In this document: one piece after another, positions 40,419-53,649 of the stretch
Layout of the letters: each line of letters begins with the position of its first letter
Position numbering within the stretch: position 1 is the stretch's first letter
From: Octopus bimaculoides
Lineage: Eukaryota
Direction: 5' to 3'
Assembly (NCBI RefSeq): GCF_001194135.2
Contig: NC_068985.1
Coordinates: 90,021,354 to 90,085,353 of the forward strand
Length of the DNA stretch: 64,000 bases
Program-made: the position numbers and the translations under genes
Notes under the pieces: model-generated
What the model saw: only the letters and a program-made list of their open reading frames with translations
Told to the model about the DNA's origin: nothing
Database searches by the model: none

Positions 40419-40467
40419 GTCTCCGATGAAGGGAAGTACTGGATCTTCCCAGAAACAGCTGTAAGAC
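40419..40467 (+). ncRNA. Hammerhead ribozyme motif in the right pseudo-LTR
   Basis: Stem I GTCT:AGAC, a 6-bp stem II GGGAAG:CTTCCC, palindromic stem III ACAGCTGT, and cleavage triplet GUA. The core reads CCGAUGA (U4C variant). Confidence 0.8.
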
Positions 40468-40840
40468 TCTATCCATAAAATACTTCTCCAACCTTACCTT
40501 TGCTCTCTTTATCGTTTTGTTTTTACATATTTACATATACACACGCTAATACACGACTTATAATACCCAATCCTGTTCATACAACGACTGGGGCAAACTA
40601 GTCGGTATACAGCGCTTACTCGGTATTACCTATATCCTCCTGGGTTTGGTTAAATCCAATACCCTCGTCAACCTTATNNNNNNNNNNNNNNNNNNNNNNN
40701 NNNNNNNNNNNNNNNNNNNNNNNNNNNNNNNNNNNNNNNNNNNNNNNNNNNNNNNNNNNNNNNNNNNNNNNNNNNNNNNNNNNNNNNNNNNNNNNNNNNN
40801 NNNNNNNNNNNNNNNNNNNNNNNNNNNNNNNNNNNNNNNN

Positions 40841-40876
<36 letters not shown>

Positions 40877-42395
40877 CATATATATACAAATACGCACACA
40901 CACACACATACACACACATACACACACACACACACACATATGCTCTGTATAGTGTGCGGTGGAAGCCTTCTAAGGTAAAGAAATCACTGACCTCAGATAT
41001 CCAGTAAATTGCTGTTATTCATGATGGAAGCTTTAGAATTTCACCCTGACGGAAGATTGGGCGTTGGAGCCCCTGAAGCAGTTCTACATTGTGCACGACC
41101 TTGTTGTAGCAACTCATTCGACGTCGCTGGTACAAAATTCTAGCGATCGTACTGTTCCTTTGAAACTATCAGTGAATTGGAGAGGTGGACCCGCTCCATG
41201 GGAAGCATTCTGTTCTCTATACCAAACCTCCCAAGTTTGCATCGTATCGAATAGCATATGAGGGATGGCATGAATGCAGCAGAGGGGAGACAAATCGACA
41301 AAAAACGAGCATTACAACTCAAACAGAAATGGGACAGCCCAGACGTGTGTCTTCCGTGACAAATAATGCTATTCAAGTGTAGTACTGTTCAGTCGCACAA
41401 CATTTTGTTCCGGTGAGGCAGGCAATTAGGACTTCCCCTCTGTTAATTAATGACAACCAACGGTCAATTCCTTGTGATCGATACTTTCGTTGAACATTTT
41501 CAAAACTTCTTAATCATTTCCTTGTGTTTTTATGCAGAATATATATTAAAAATAGACTTTGTATCATCTAACGTTGACATTTGCTAGTTCACTAAGACAA
41601 TGAATATTATTTCGAAACATTACATGAAATGTGTTGGGACTAAATTATAATGTAAATTGAAAGCTGTATGCAATATATTCGATAATATCTAGTTTCGTGA
41701 TGTTTTACTCAAAGTAAACCAAAGTCTCTATTATTATACACTGACCTTTCTTAATATCAATCTTACATATTTTCTATCGTAAAATGCTGCTGCACTTATT
41801 GGTACTTTTTTTTTTATTATTAAGACGAGTGCACAGAGGTGAATTAATATCATGAGATAGAGATAACCTATTTTGAGCACTTTGGTAACAGCAAAAGAAA
41901 TTAGTAGAGCAAAATTATTGTTAATGTATTAATGGAAATATCTTTGAGAATTCTTCCCTAGCAAAAGCTACAAGACGTGTCGCAAGTGCTAATGCAATTT
42001 GGAATGCAGATTTATGCATAATAGAGAGCAAACTGCGACACAATACAGAGAGGAAATTACATTTCATAACAGCTGTTCAACTCAGTTTTCCCACCGCTTC
42101 TCTTTTACAGACGTTCATATGCACGAGCACGCGTGCGCGCAAACACGCATATGCACATATACACACACACATGCACACACGCAAACACACAACAAAATGT
42201 ACATAGATAGACAGATTAATAGTTCCATACTTATATCTATATATGTATATATAGTTTGTTCGCTAGATTAGGACGGTTTAAATGGTAGGGATTTCAAGAC
42301 ACATGTAATAAACGTAAAATGCTACACTCAACGAAAGAAATTCTTGTTTCCACTCATGTATAATTGTTAACGAATAGACATGCAAATTTCACCCA

Positions 42396-42433
<38 letters not shown>

Positions 42434-43123
42434 GCGCGCGCATGAGTTAAGATACATAGAATATATGTGTTTGCTATTTGCAAAATGAAAATTGTTTCGC
42501 AATTCTGTTCCAAAATTAGTTCCTTAGCCTAAACCATTCTACGTATCACCATTATTAAAATTCTATATTCAAGACACAACAATTGCCTCACTTCCACAAA
42601 ATACGATTCTCAAATAAAGAGCGTCTAGTTTGAATAGTAAGTTAATCAGTTTATTTGTAATAATACTGATAGGACATATTCAAGGATTCAGGAACTTTGT
42701 GAGATTTTCGCCGGTAATATCATATAATTGAAACCGGCAGACAAGATAAGTCTAGCAATAATAAAATTTTATATTAATAATCCTGAAGATTAATATAGAA
42801 ATCCATCAGGAATATTTTCAAACGATTTACCACTTGAGTAAGCATATTTCAAATATAACAGCTTGGTTACATAAATATATATGTAGATATATCTAGATAA
42901 TAGCTAGCCTGTAAATAGATTCATCACAACTATATAAAACAAAAGTAGAGAAAAGAAAAAAAGTTCCATCACAGATTCGTCTATCTAAAACGAAACGAAT
43001 TCTCGTGAAATGGAAAGTAATTTAGTCAATATCAGCCTCGATATAGAATTAACTGTATTTAAATAATACGCCAAACTTTCACCGATATATTCACATTTCA
43101 GGTACTATTAATTCATGTATGCA

Positions 43124-43154
<31 letters not shown>

Positions 43155-43320
43155 ATGTTCGTGTATGTGTGTGCGTCCGTATAAATATATGCACATATCT
43201 ATATGCTTGTGTATGTGTGTATGTGTATATGTAAGTATCATATACATACGTATCAACACATATAACAAGTACGTATACACATATGTATTTATTAACTGTT
43301 ATTTTTTACTTGTCTGAGTG

Positions 43321-43681
43321 ATTCGACTGCGGCCATGCTGCAGCAACGCTTTGACGAATTTCTAGTCGAAAATATCGATTCTAGTTCATATTATTCTTAA
43401 AGATTGTTACCTACTCTATCAATAACTCATTACGAACCGCTATGTTACGGGGTTGTAAACACACCAGCACCGGTTGTCAAGCCGTCGCGTGGAGGCAAAC
43501 ACGCAGACAGACAGCCTCCCCCCATACATATATGACGGGCATCTTTTAGTTTCCGCCTAACAAATCCATTCCGAAGGCATTGGTTGGCCCGAAGCTATAC
43601 TGGAAGTCACATGCAGCAGGGTAAAAGACCGAAACATGTATTTGGGAAGAAAGCTCCTTACTACAAAGCCATTACTGCGCC
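43321..43681 (-). mobile_element. Degenerate CORE-like tRNA SINE with extended 3' part
   Basis: GACTGCGGCCATGCTG, CGAACCGCTATGTTACGGGG, GACGGGCATCTTTTAGTTTCCG and TTGGTTGGCCCGAAGCTATA. The right portion is the reverse complement of the 62865-63031 family. Confidence 0.7.
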
Positions 43682-43715
43682 AATACATACATACATACAT
43701 ACATACATACATACG

Positions 43716-43794
<79 letters not shown>

Positions 43795-44289
43795 TTCAAA
43801 TATATAAATCCATAAGCATTACCATTTGTATTATACCCCTACACTTGTTATAGGAAATATGACTTAATCTTTACTCGCTTCCTGAACACTTTATCTTAAT
43901 TTCAGCGCTATATATTGAATGCCATTCTTTTCTGCCATATGTCTAAGATAACCTTCTCTATATACCTTATATATATTATTTTATTTGTAAATATATGCTT
44001 AAGTAGTATATATGTAAATAATTTTTTCTTAAGCCAGCTTTCCTGAGTATGTTACTCCATATATATCTAAGCATTTATTTATAAGCATTTATCCGTGAGT
44101 GTTGATTCATATACATACAAATATTCGTACAAGTAGGTGTATCTATATACTACTCATGACAAACTATCCCACAAAATTACTCTCCTTTCTTTTATCTTTA
44201 TCCTAGCCTGAATAATTCTCATCATATTTGTAATCATATTTGTACTTAATTTTAAATCTTTACAACCTTATGCAATTATAATACCGTAT

Positions 44290-45110
44290 CGGTTCAATAA
44301 TTTCCTGTAAGCTCTACTTCTATCCTTCCTTGAATACCTCTTGTTTCTCTCTGTAGCTGATATTAATCTCAACCCAATTTCAATGCCTAAATATCTGTAT
44401 TACACGGTTACTTCCCTTCAGCTATAGTCTATAATTATGAACGTATTTTCATTAATTTCCTTTCACCTTTTCTTTTCTCGTTCAGACAATTACTTGTCAA
44501 TTGGAAATGTAGCTTAGATCTATTCCTAACAGAATAACATATCCCTGACGTCGAGTATTATATACCATCCCTGAACCTTATATTTAATGCCTAAATATTT
44601 CTCTGCATTATACTATTATAATATTATATTATAATATTATAATTCGTTACGCAGTTAACTCCCTTAGCTATAGTCCATACATGTATATGATCCCATTCAT
44701 TTTACATTTTTTCCTTTTCTCGTTCAGACAATTATTTGTAAATCGATATGAATCTCAGATTTATTCATAACATATTAACATATCCCTAACCACAGTTCTT
44801 ATTAACTAACTGTTTAGTATGCAAAACCCCTTAGACAATCCATTTCTCGAATATATTCTTTTAATTCCTTTTATTTGTTTTGTATTTTATTGATAGATTT
44901 AACGGACCTGAACAACGCCATTCTTTTCAAACATAAGCGGACCAATTAAATCGTAGGATTAACCTACTCACCCTACTCAATATAGTGTATTAGGATGATT
45001 ACATAGTCGTTAGCTTCTAACTTTTAACCCCTCTCATATGGATCATCCCATTAACACCAATCCACTACGTTATACCCTTGCTATACCACCAGTAAATTGA
45101 AATAATGGAG
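44290..45110 (-). mobile_element. Old LINE RT remnant with an internal tandem duplication of about 200 bp
   Basis: Minus strand has SPLF-like, ANDYVII (decayed ADD) and YRYLGIEI motifs in RT order. The two units start with AATGCCTAAATAT at about 44383 and about 44587. Confidence 0.5.
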
Positions 45111-48100
45111 ATTACTTATGGAAGTGACTTTTTTCTATAAGATGTAATCTCGTAACCTATGATTTTTTTTTACTATTCCCTGGTATGATGTGGTATACTG
45201 GTATGATGTGTAAACCTTAACAAGGTGGGCCCCCAAAGTAGAAACTGCTGTAAGTGTATAGTATTATTCACACATTAAAATTGAGCAAGTCTTCAACCAT
45301 TTGACAATCTTCGTAAATATTACATAGAATTATGAGCGTGGATTACATAGGACATATATATGGAGATTGCACGTGAGTCTGTGTGTACATTCATAAGACA
45401 TATGTTACATGTTGGCACTCAAACTGTATTTGAATTTATTATTATTTCACATATAGAGTTTTCTAAGAATGAAAAAAACTGAAGATATTTAAAGGCGCGA
45501 GGTTTCCTAATGGCCAAGGCAAAGATAATTATGAACTGGAGATTCGTATGACGTAACTGCATTTCTTTTAATATTTGGCGTGCATTTCACGCATCATCTT
45601 TTTCTAAATAAAATGTGTTTAATTATTTTACACATACTTTATCAAATGTAATCAGCATTAAAATTAATAATGTTTTCAAACATTCGATTTTGTTTTAATT
45701 ATACAAAATGAATACAGATTTTTGTTAACAAAAATTTCTGTACACAGCAGCGTTTTACATTACAATACCCATTAGAGTATATGACATTTCGGGAGAAAAA
45801 AAAGGATATTCAATGAAAAGAAAGCACGCGTTCATATTTATGTGGCTATTTTCTTCGACTATAAATATGTTACCTGGAAACCATATCAAAAAGTGAGCAA
45901 ATGTTGCGAAATTTCATAATAAACTCTCCCTAAAATTGTTAATCACTGATAATATCAAATTATCGAATCCAAATGGAATTTTCCTTTAAGACTCATACAA
46001 TTGCAATGAATGGCATCACTATTCAATCGTTATTTATTGTTGATATCCCACAAGACAGGTAGTATTTGCTGATCTCAAATAACGTGCCAATTCAATTAAC
46101 CATTATAAAACCTAGAATTTATCAATCTATCAAAACTACTGACTAACCAAAGCGATATCTTCATGTGAATAATATATTCTGGCCAAGGCATGGTGTGCAA
46201 TCTCTTATAAACATAGATAACTTAACTTATTTTATCCTTTTCTCCTTCGTCTGATTTAAGGAAGAATTATAGTTTAGCTTTAAAAGGACAAGTTTAATTA
46301 TATAATTGTATGTTATTCCTAGAAATGTATACCTTACGCCATGATGCATTCAATCAGGCCAATATCACTTAGACAAATCATGCAGTGCATTTTTCAATAT
46401 GTAATTGTATTAAAGGTAATGTGTTCACCGAGTCCATTTAGTATTTGTATACACCGTATATATTTTCTGTGCAGTGTATCCTGCAGCTAATACATAATCA
46501 TATAACCACCCACCTATCCATACACCCGTCGTCCATCCATTCATAAATACATATTAATGTTTGTTTTTTTTTCTGTTCATGTATAAGCAGAGATTTACAT
46601 TAGTCTCATGGGTTAGTCAGCATTTTACATTAATCTCATAAGTAACTATAATATTGTACTAATGTGTTATTCTTACACAAGAATGAAGTGTATAATGAAT
46701 TATTATTGTCATATACATACATACATACATACATATATACATACGTACATACACACACACACACGGGCATACATATGTTTGTATTTTTGTACAGACTCTG
46801 TGTCTATAGATATGATTTTTTGCTATGTTGGGGTACATTCAGAAAATTCAGAGAACTTCATACTTTTGTATTGACTATTTACGTCGTCAATAATATAAAT
46901 GTTTCCTCTTTACACATGTAGAATATAAACATTCCTTGATATAAACATGGCATGAAGTTACATCACAACATTTTGATACATACACGTATCTCTCATTTTC
47001 TTTTCGTTTCTACTTTTCGTTTTGTTTATTTAAGTTCCAGGCGATTCTCTCATTTTTTATTCCATAGCCGAAAGTTTTTGTATTCTCCTTATTAATTTAT
47101 TTATATGTTCCACTTATTGATTTTTCAGTGATACTAATTTATCTTTACTTGCTTTTTATTTTATGTTGTTATTATCAATTGTCATTTCATTTAAATTTTA
47201 ATATCGATCTCTCCCAAGATTTTACATCAGGTAAGGCTGTTTTTCTTTCCTACGTTTATACCCGGTTATGCAAGTATGTATGATCTAACTTGCCCAGATT
47301 TTAATTTTAATTCAACTCACTTCATTGGTTCGAGACATTTTTCCGTTATGCTCAATCGTTTTCATCCAACAGCTTCCATTTATTTCGAAAAGTAATTACC
47401 CACTCAGTTTAAAATGTATAGTTGTGATGACGAATAACTTTAAATCATTTTACACGTTGTCGTCCATCTGAAGTAACCCAAACATTGTTTTTTGTCACAA
47501 CGTTTTATAACCATCTGCTTTGTACATACATACATACATGCATACATGCATACATAATGCATACATACACACATTTATACATACATACATACATACATAC
47601 AGGTATAAAAATACCTTGTGGATGTTGCGATTCCAATGAAAGAGCCATGGATTTAGGTTTCTCTATTGGGAAGAAGTCTAGAAATAAAACTGAACAATAT
47701 CATACATCCATTCCTACAAGCACAAATACACCCAAGCACACACAGTCGTACAGCACACACGCTCATACACAAACATACACCCACGAAGGCACACACACAT
47801 CCTTGCGTGTGTAAACGTTTGTTGTATTTTTCTTTTTTGCTTTTATGTTTCGGTAAGCTTGCTTTGTCTCAAGAAATAAAATATTCTGAAAACATTTTTC
47901 CATATTTCGCTGCTTTTATTGATAATAAAATGCTTAGTAAGATTGAAGATTCTACATTTAGTGTTATTAAATTTAAATGTAACATGTGATTAAATTTCCG
48001 TTAAATTTTACTCCAAATGTTTGCAATAATTTTACTCCTGTAAATAAGTTTGAAAACAATAATATTTAACACATTTGAACTTGCTTAAATTCGGTTTCTA

Positions 48101-48957
48101 AATATAATATAATATTTTGTTATATAAAATTACCTAGACTTCGACATTTCAATATTATGATGTACATTGAATTCCCGGATTCGGAAAGCAGAAACTAAAT
48201 TCGAATACATATAGAATATATTGTAAAATTGGCATTTATATTGCCATAATGATTCTGCGTCCGTTTTCATAATGTTATTTATACTTAATATTAGAACGAC
48301 GCAATTGTTTCATACAGCATACTACACCGAATTGAGAAAAATAATAAATTTAGAACTTATAAGATAAATCAATATTTATGTAAATGAAGTCGAATTATGA
48401 AGATTATAAAATGTTTCTTATCTGTCTTAAAACATAGTAGTGAATAAATAAATAGGTAAATAACTGAAGGAATTAATAATGCAGTGTAGACATGGATGTT
48501 TAATGCTATTGGAAATCAATTTGATATATAATTTATATATATTTTCCCACCTCTAATCATATTTGCATATACGAAACATTAGTGGAACATATTTAAAATG
48601 CATAAGAATATTAACTAATGTGAAATTTCGGTTTATGTTATCATTAATGAGATAACCTTTTCATATCAAAATGTGTGATGCATTATTTTATAAATATAAC
48701 AGAAATAATATTTATAAGAGAATGGCGTATTTTTCTGTTATATTCCAACATCTATCAGAGGGTAATCTTTTGCAAACGACAATTTCGAGAAGTGTGAGAT
48801 AAACACACACAAACAACCACACACACATACACATACACACAAACACACACACACACACACGTAAACACATACTGATGCACACACACATACGCATAAATAT
48901 TTGGAAGCATACACACACTGATATATAACCATATTTGTTCATGATTATGTATGTATA

Positions 48958-48997
<40 letters not shown>

Positions 48998-49904
48998 TAC
49001 ACACAGAGTAGAATCGGATACGAATATGTATTACTGAGTTGAAAGAAACGGAAATACAGGCCTAAAAATCATCCGAATCTCACACACATGCATATAACTG
49101 CGCGCACGTGTGTATGCCTATGTGTATGTTTGCTTGTGATTTCTAAAGTTAAATCAGTGATGCATAATGTAAATTTTATCTAAATGAATATTGTATATTT
49201 CTCAATTTGAGTTTGATGATAAATTACTGTATTCATTTGGCCTGGAGCTATTAAAATTATACTAAATTAATGCATAACATTTCTTAAAAAATGCAGCAGA
49301 ATTAATTCGAATATATATGACTTTTTTCATCTTGCAGTGATATAGAGTTTTGAATGCAAATTATATTAATATCATCTAAGCAATACTCATTGTGATGTAT
49401 AAAGAAGACATATATAATATATTTAATAGTTTCACTTACATTTGAAAGTCTATCACTCATAAAGGAAACGCTGTGGAATATAAATGAACATATATGTAGA
49501 AAATCGTACATATACGCGACACACGAACAAATATATATAGAGACATACATAGAGATTCACGCGCACACACAAAGAGGTGCAGACGCATAAATACATACAC
49601 TGTGAGATGAGCTTATGATTTAATTTGTGTTAAATCTATACACAATTGTTGCTGTATATTTCAGGGTTAGTTGACGAACAGACAAATGAGCCCCGAATGA
49701 AAATTGACGGTATTTTGAAGACTGAAACCTGGGAAGTGGTAGTGCATTGTGAAAGTGCAAATTTGACTACGATTCAGGAAGTAAAAATAGAATATAGAAG
49801 AATAAAGAGGAGATGTCTGAGAAAGAACTGAGAAGGAATCTTCTGAAAATATATTATTGGAGACCAGAAGTTTGAATGCAAACTGAAAGAAGTGTGAAGG
49901 TGCA

Positions 49905-50245
49905 TGCATGGCTCCGGGGTAAGAAAGTTGATTCCAAGCCATATCTTTCCGAATTTAGTCACACTGGAGAGCAGGCAGCTTGGCGTTTGTCTTCTACTAC
50001 AGCCATGTTCCGTTCAATGAACCGTCAGTGAATTTGGTAATCGGCAACTGTCAGAAGTCATTCGCGCCATCGTGTGTGTCTATTCTTTCTTTTTCTTCTT
50101 ATTCTTTTGATTTGTTTCGCACATTTGACTGCGGTCATGCTGGAACACCAAATTAGAGAGGTTTTAGTCGAAGAAATCGATCCCAGGACTTATCCTTTGA
50201 AAGCCTAGTACTTATATAATAGGTCATGTTGACGAACCGCTAAGT
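49905..50245. mobile_element. Two adjacent degenerate SINE fragments
   Basis: TGCATGGCTCCGGGGTAAGAA...GTCTTCTACTACAGCC (CORE-like head and body, plus strand), then GACTGCGGTCATGCTGGAACACC...CGAACCGCTAAG as at 43321. Confidence 0.55.
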
Positions 50246-51906
50246 TTTGAGATCCATCTGATTATCAGAAACATTTATTATAGCAGAGAAGAGAAGTTTC
50301 ATACTACTGCTAATCTGCTCATGCATGCGATTGGTATATCAATATTCAAATATGTCATAGATTTCTTGCTTTAATACGCATGACCACTTGCTTAAACATT
50401 TAATTACGTACTAACCAGATGATATGTAAGTTTAAATCATCGTTACTCTCTTTTTCACCAGCTGGACATATGAATACGACTTATATCACTTTGTTTCCGC
50501 AAAGTTTCATTCCCCTTCCTATAATCCATGTGGTTTCTATCTCATATGACGTATATGATAACTAATTTACGATGTCCGTTGTTGACTAGGTCATCATTAA
50601 TGTTCATACAGGTTTAAATGTTTACTTGAAGATAGTGAAATTATGCTATGATGTAATCTATCAATACATCAATAAAATTCTACCGAAACAGCTGTAGTAT
50701 ATGTTCAAACCAATTTGCGTTCTTCATTATGTATACATTTATTTGCGTGTTTGTGTGTGTATTAATATATATGTACGTATGTATATATATGTTTGTATGC
50801 ATGTTTTTTTATGTTTGTTTGCAGCATCACATGCATGTTTATATGTATGTTATCAATGGTATGCATACGAATTCCCACTTTTACAGTTACGCATTCCTTT
50901 TAGCTACTATTATACATTAACGAGGGTAAAATTCTCGGTGCACTCGATATTCGAATGTTAATCATACGAAATGTGTGAATATTTTTGTATTATTTCCTTT
51001 CATCTGATACGATACAATATTTAATAGCCATAATTCTGGAAAACAATTAAAAACATCTTTCTCTTTCAAATGTTTACAACATTTCTGAAATTGGACAATG
51101 GCTTTGAGTATGAATACATATATTTTTTTTGTTTTTTGTTTTGTGTGCGCCAAAACATTAAATATACATTTGCAATTAGAAACATATAAAGGAAAACAAA
51201 TTTCATTGCTCATTGTTTTACTAGTTATCTTGCGCTACCAGATTTCATATAATAGGTTAGGACGTAATTATAATTTTATCGGCATATGGCAGCCATTATC
51301 TGTGAAATATTTATTATTATATTCAACTACTGAATATATTAGAAGTGGTTTGACTTTTCAAATCAATGAATCATTGATGTATGTGGTTTTTATAATATTA
51401 TTTCACCTCATTGCTGCCCTCCCTGAGATTAATCATGTATAACATACAATGTATATCATCGTTCACACGCGCATTGGATTTCTTAGTGTCCATTATCCAA
51501 TGTAAACCTCCCTTTGTAAAACGACTGGCAAATATATACACTAGATGTGACTAATGCTTTTAGTCGATTGATTACTAGGAACGAGAACGAGAATATCACC
51601 TGCGTTCTCCTTGGATGCAAAACCAAATCAGCATTACCCCAGTAATTTAAACTTCAGAAACGTTTCTTTGGTAATTGTTACTCATAAGGGACAGCTATAT
51701 CTTTATTGGATATGGCAATGACTGCAGCAGTATGAGCAGTACGACGCTTTGGTTTAACGAATGATTTCTCATTGAACATATTTGTATATTCAGGTAGCAA
51801 ACCGGTAGATGTATTACAAGGATGTTGATGTCTGTTCAGTTTAAATTTACGCATATGCATCACCTGCATCGGCTGATTTGGGAAAGTCTCTTTCACTATA
51901 ATTTAC

Positions 51907-52016
51907 CAGAGCATAGCGCAGTCACTGTTTCTGGAACCAGTTTGTTTTTCACTCCTTACAAGTAAACAGGATACTTGTAAATCTGACTGGTGCATGAAAG
52001 GGGATTCCACTTCATT
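51907..52016 (-). other. Candidate exon (110 nt) with a very strong acceptor
   Basis: ttttttttcttttgtgtattttctattgctgcag|AATGAAG...GCTCTG|gtaaat. One frame is open (NEVESPFMHQSDLQVSCLLVRSEKQTGSRNSDCAML). Confidence 0.45.
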
Positions 52017-52175
52017 CTGCAGCAATAGAAAATACACAAAAGAAAAAAATCGCTGAACTTATACGAAATTTGAAATGTTACGCTGAAATGTTACGCCTCT
52101 AATGAGTAGGAAAATAAAAAAAAAGAAAAGTTCATACGATAGCATTAAAGTATAACATTATCACTAACTTCTTAC

Positions 52176-52279
52176 CCATGGTTAGCACAGATCAAACAGG
52201 CTGAATATGTAAATATTTCATTTCATAAAACGTGGTTGAAGTGTGGAACGAAAGAAACACGAGCAATCGCCACGGGCGC
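52176..52279 (-). other. Candidate non-coding or 5'UTR exon (104 nt)
   Basis: tctctctcatccccatttcttttcttacacag|GCGCCC...ACCATGG|gtaaga. Stops occur in all three frames, and a 159-nt intron separates it from the 52016 acceptor. Confidence 0.45.
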
Positions 52280-52440
52280 CTGTGTAAGAAAAGAAATGGG
52301 GATGAGAGAGATGATGAGGACCACTGGTCACGTGTCAGTAGTAAGCGTGTGAAAAGTTGTTGGGGCAGAAAGAGACACAGAAATCAGGGAGAGAGGAGAT
52401 TTTAAGACAGAAACAGTAAGCAGCACGGATGAACGTGTTT

Positions 52441-52444
<4 letters not shown>

Positions 52445-52510
<66 letters not shown>

Positions 52511-52530
52511 AAGAGAGAGAAAGAGAGATA
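52445..52530. repeat. (GA)n microsatellite
   Basis: Directly visible. Confidence 0.95.
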
Positions 52531-53564
52531 GAGGGGGGAAGTCAGACAAACAGAGTGAATGGGACAAAAAAGGAAAAGAAAAGCGTACCGTTTTTATTTT
52601 ATTTGCACTAAGTGAATTCATATTTTCATTCCACAGTTAATTCTCTCCTTTCGTTTGTATATTGCATATTTATTTCATAATTGCACGTTCACTTTCTGTT
52701 ATGTTTCATTCCTTCCTTGATGGCTCGCCATTTCCTGGCGGCTTATAGTCACAGGCGCCACCAAAGAGGACCATTATTATGAATAAAGGCGCGCGCACAC
52801 ACGTATATATTTGAAATCTCCGATCATCTATGGTTGTATGCGCGAACGCTTGTATGTCTTTATCGATATTGTAATTATTATATTTCATAATACCAACATA
52901 TACATAATATACGCATACATAACATACACACACACGTAGATACATACAGATGTAGATATACATGTGTGTTCGTGTATGTATGTATGTATATGTACAAATA
53001 TATGTATATATATATAAACGTGTGTGTGTACATATATGCACGTGCGTGTGAAGTATTAAATATAAATGTGAATACGCATGTGAATGCATATAAACAGCCA
53101 CATACATATAGACACTGAGATATCTAACCAAATTTAAAGGAAGTATTTAGCATTTGTATCTTTGGTTCCATTTCGTTTTCAATCTTCATATTTCCTTATC
53201 TGATATAGCACATACCATTTCTAAGATCATAAAAAAAATATTTCGTTTTTCATGTAAAGTATTTTGTTTTTATGTTTTCGTTTAGTCTAAAATTATTCTG
53301 TTTCTTTTGTTCATACGATGCATTGAATTTTTATCGATTCCTATTGATGAAATTGTGATAAGGAGCGATTGTGGTGAAAAGAAATGTCAGAAAACTGAAT
53401 AATATTTTTTTTGTTTTTTTATTCTTTTTTAATATTTCTAAGATTTGATACAAGACAGAATTAAGGCCATTTACGTATTAGTAAAAAAAAAAAATTAAAA
53501 ATGAGAATTTAAAACTTACGTGTTGTTGTGTTTCATAACAACGAACCCGATTAGAGGTGGTAAC

Positions 53565-53615
53565 GCTGCTGCTGCTACTGATGATGATGGCGATGACGAC
53601 GACGACGACGACGAC

Positions 53616-53649
<34 letters not shown>
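53565..53649. repeat. Compound trinucleotide array (GCT)n-(GAT)n-(GAC)n-(GAT)n
   Basis: Directly visible; it is the source of the poly-L/T/M pseudo-ORF. Confidence 0.95.

Larger units (their letters stand above)
36783..40467 (+). mobile_element. Penelope-like retroelement, 5'-truncated, with inverted pseudo-LTRs
   Basis: Inverted arms at 36783-37136 and 40106-40467 (about 95% identical by eye) flank an RT plus GIY-YIG reading frame. This is the typical PLE layout, with an inverted 3' end at the 5' truncation. Confidence 0.95.

Noticed and set aside
41064-41382. Overlapping ORFs in a GC-richer patch
   Set aside because: No recognisable motifs in any frame; possibly an unidentified repeat remnant.
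52320-52800. GTCACGTG E-box and CGCCATTT YY1-like motif as a promoter
   Set aside because: They are isolated short motifs with no CpG island or transcription-start evidence, and the region also reads as a pyrimidine-rich minus-strand intron.
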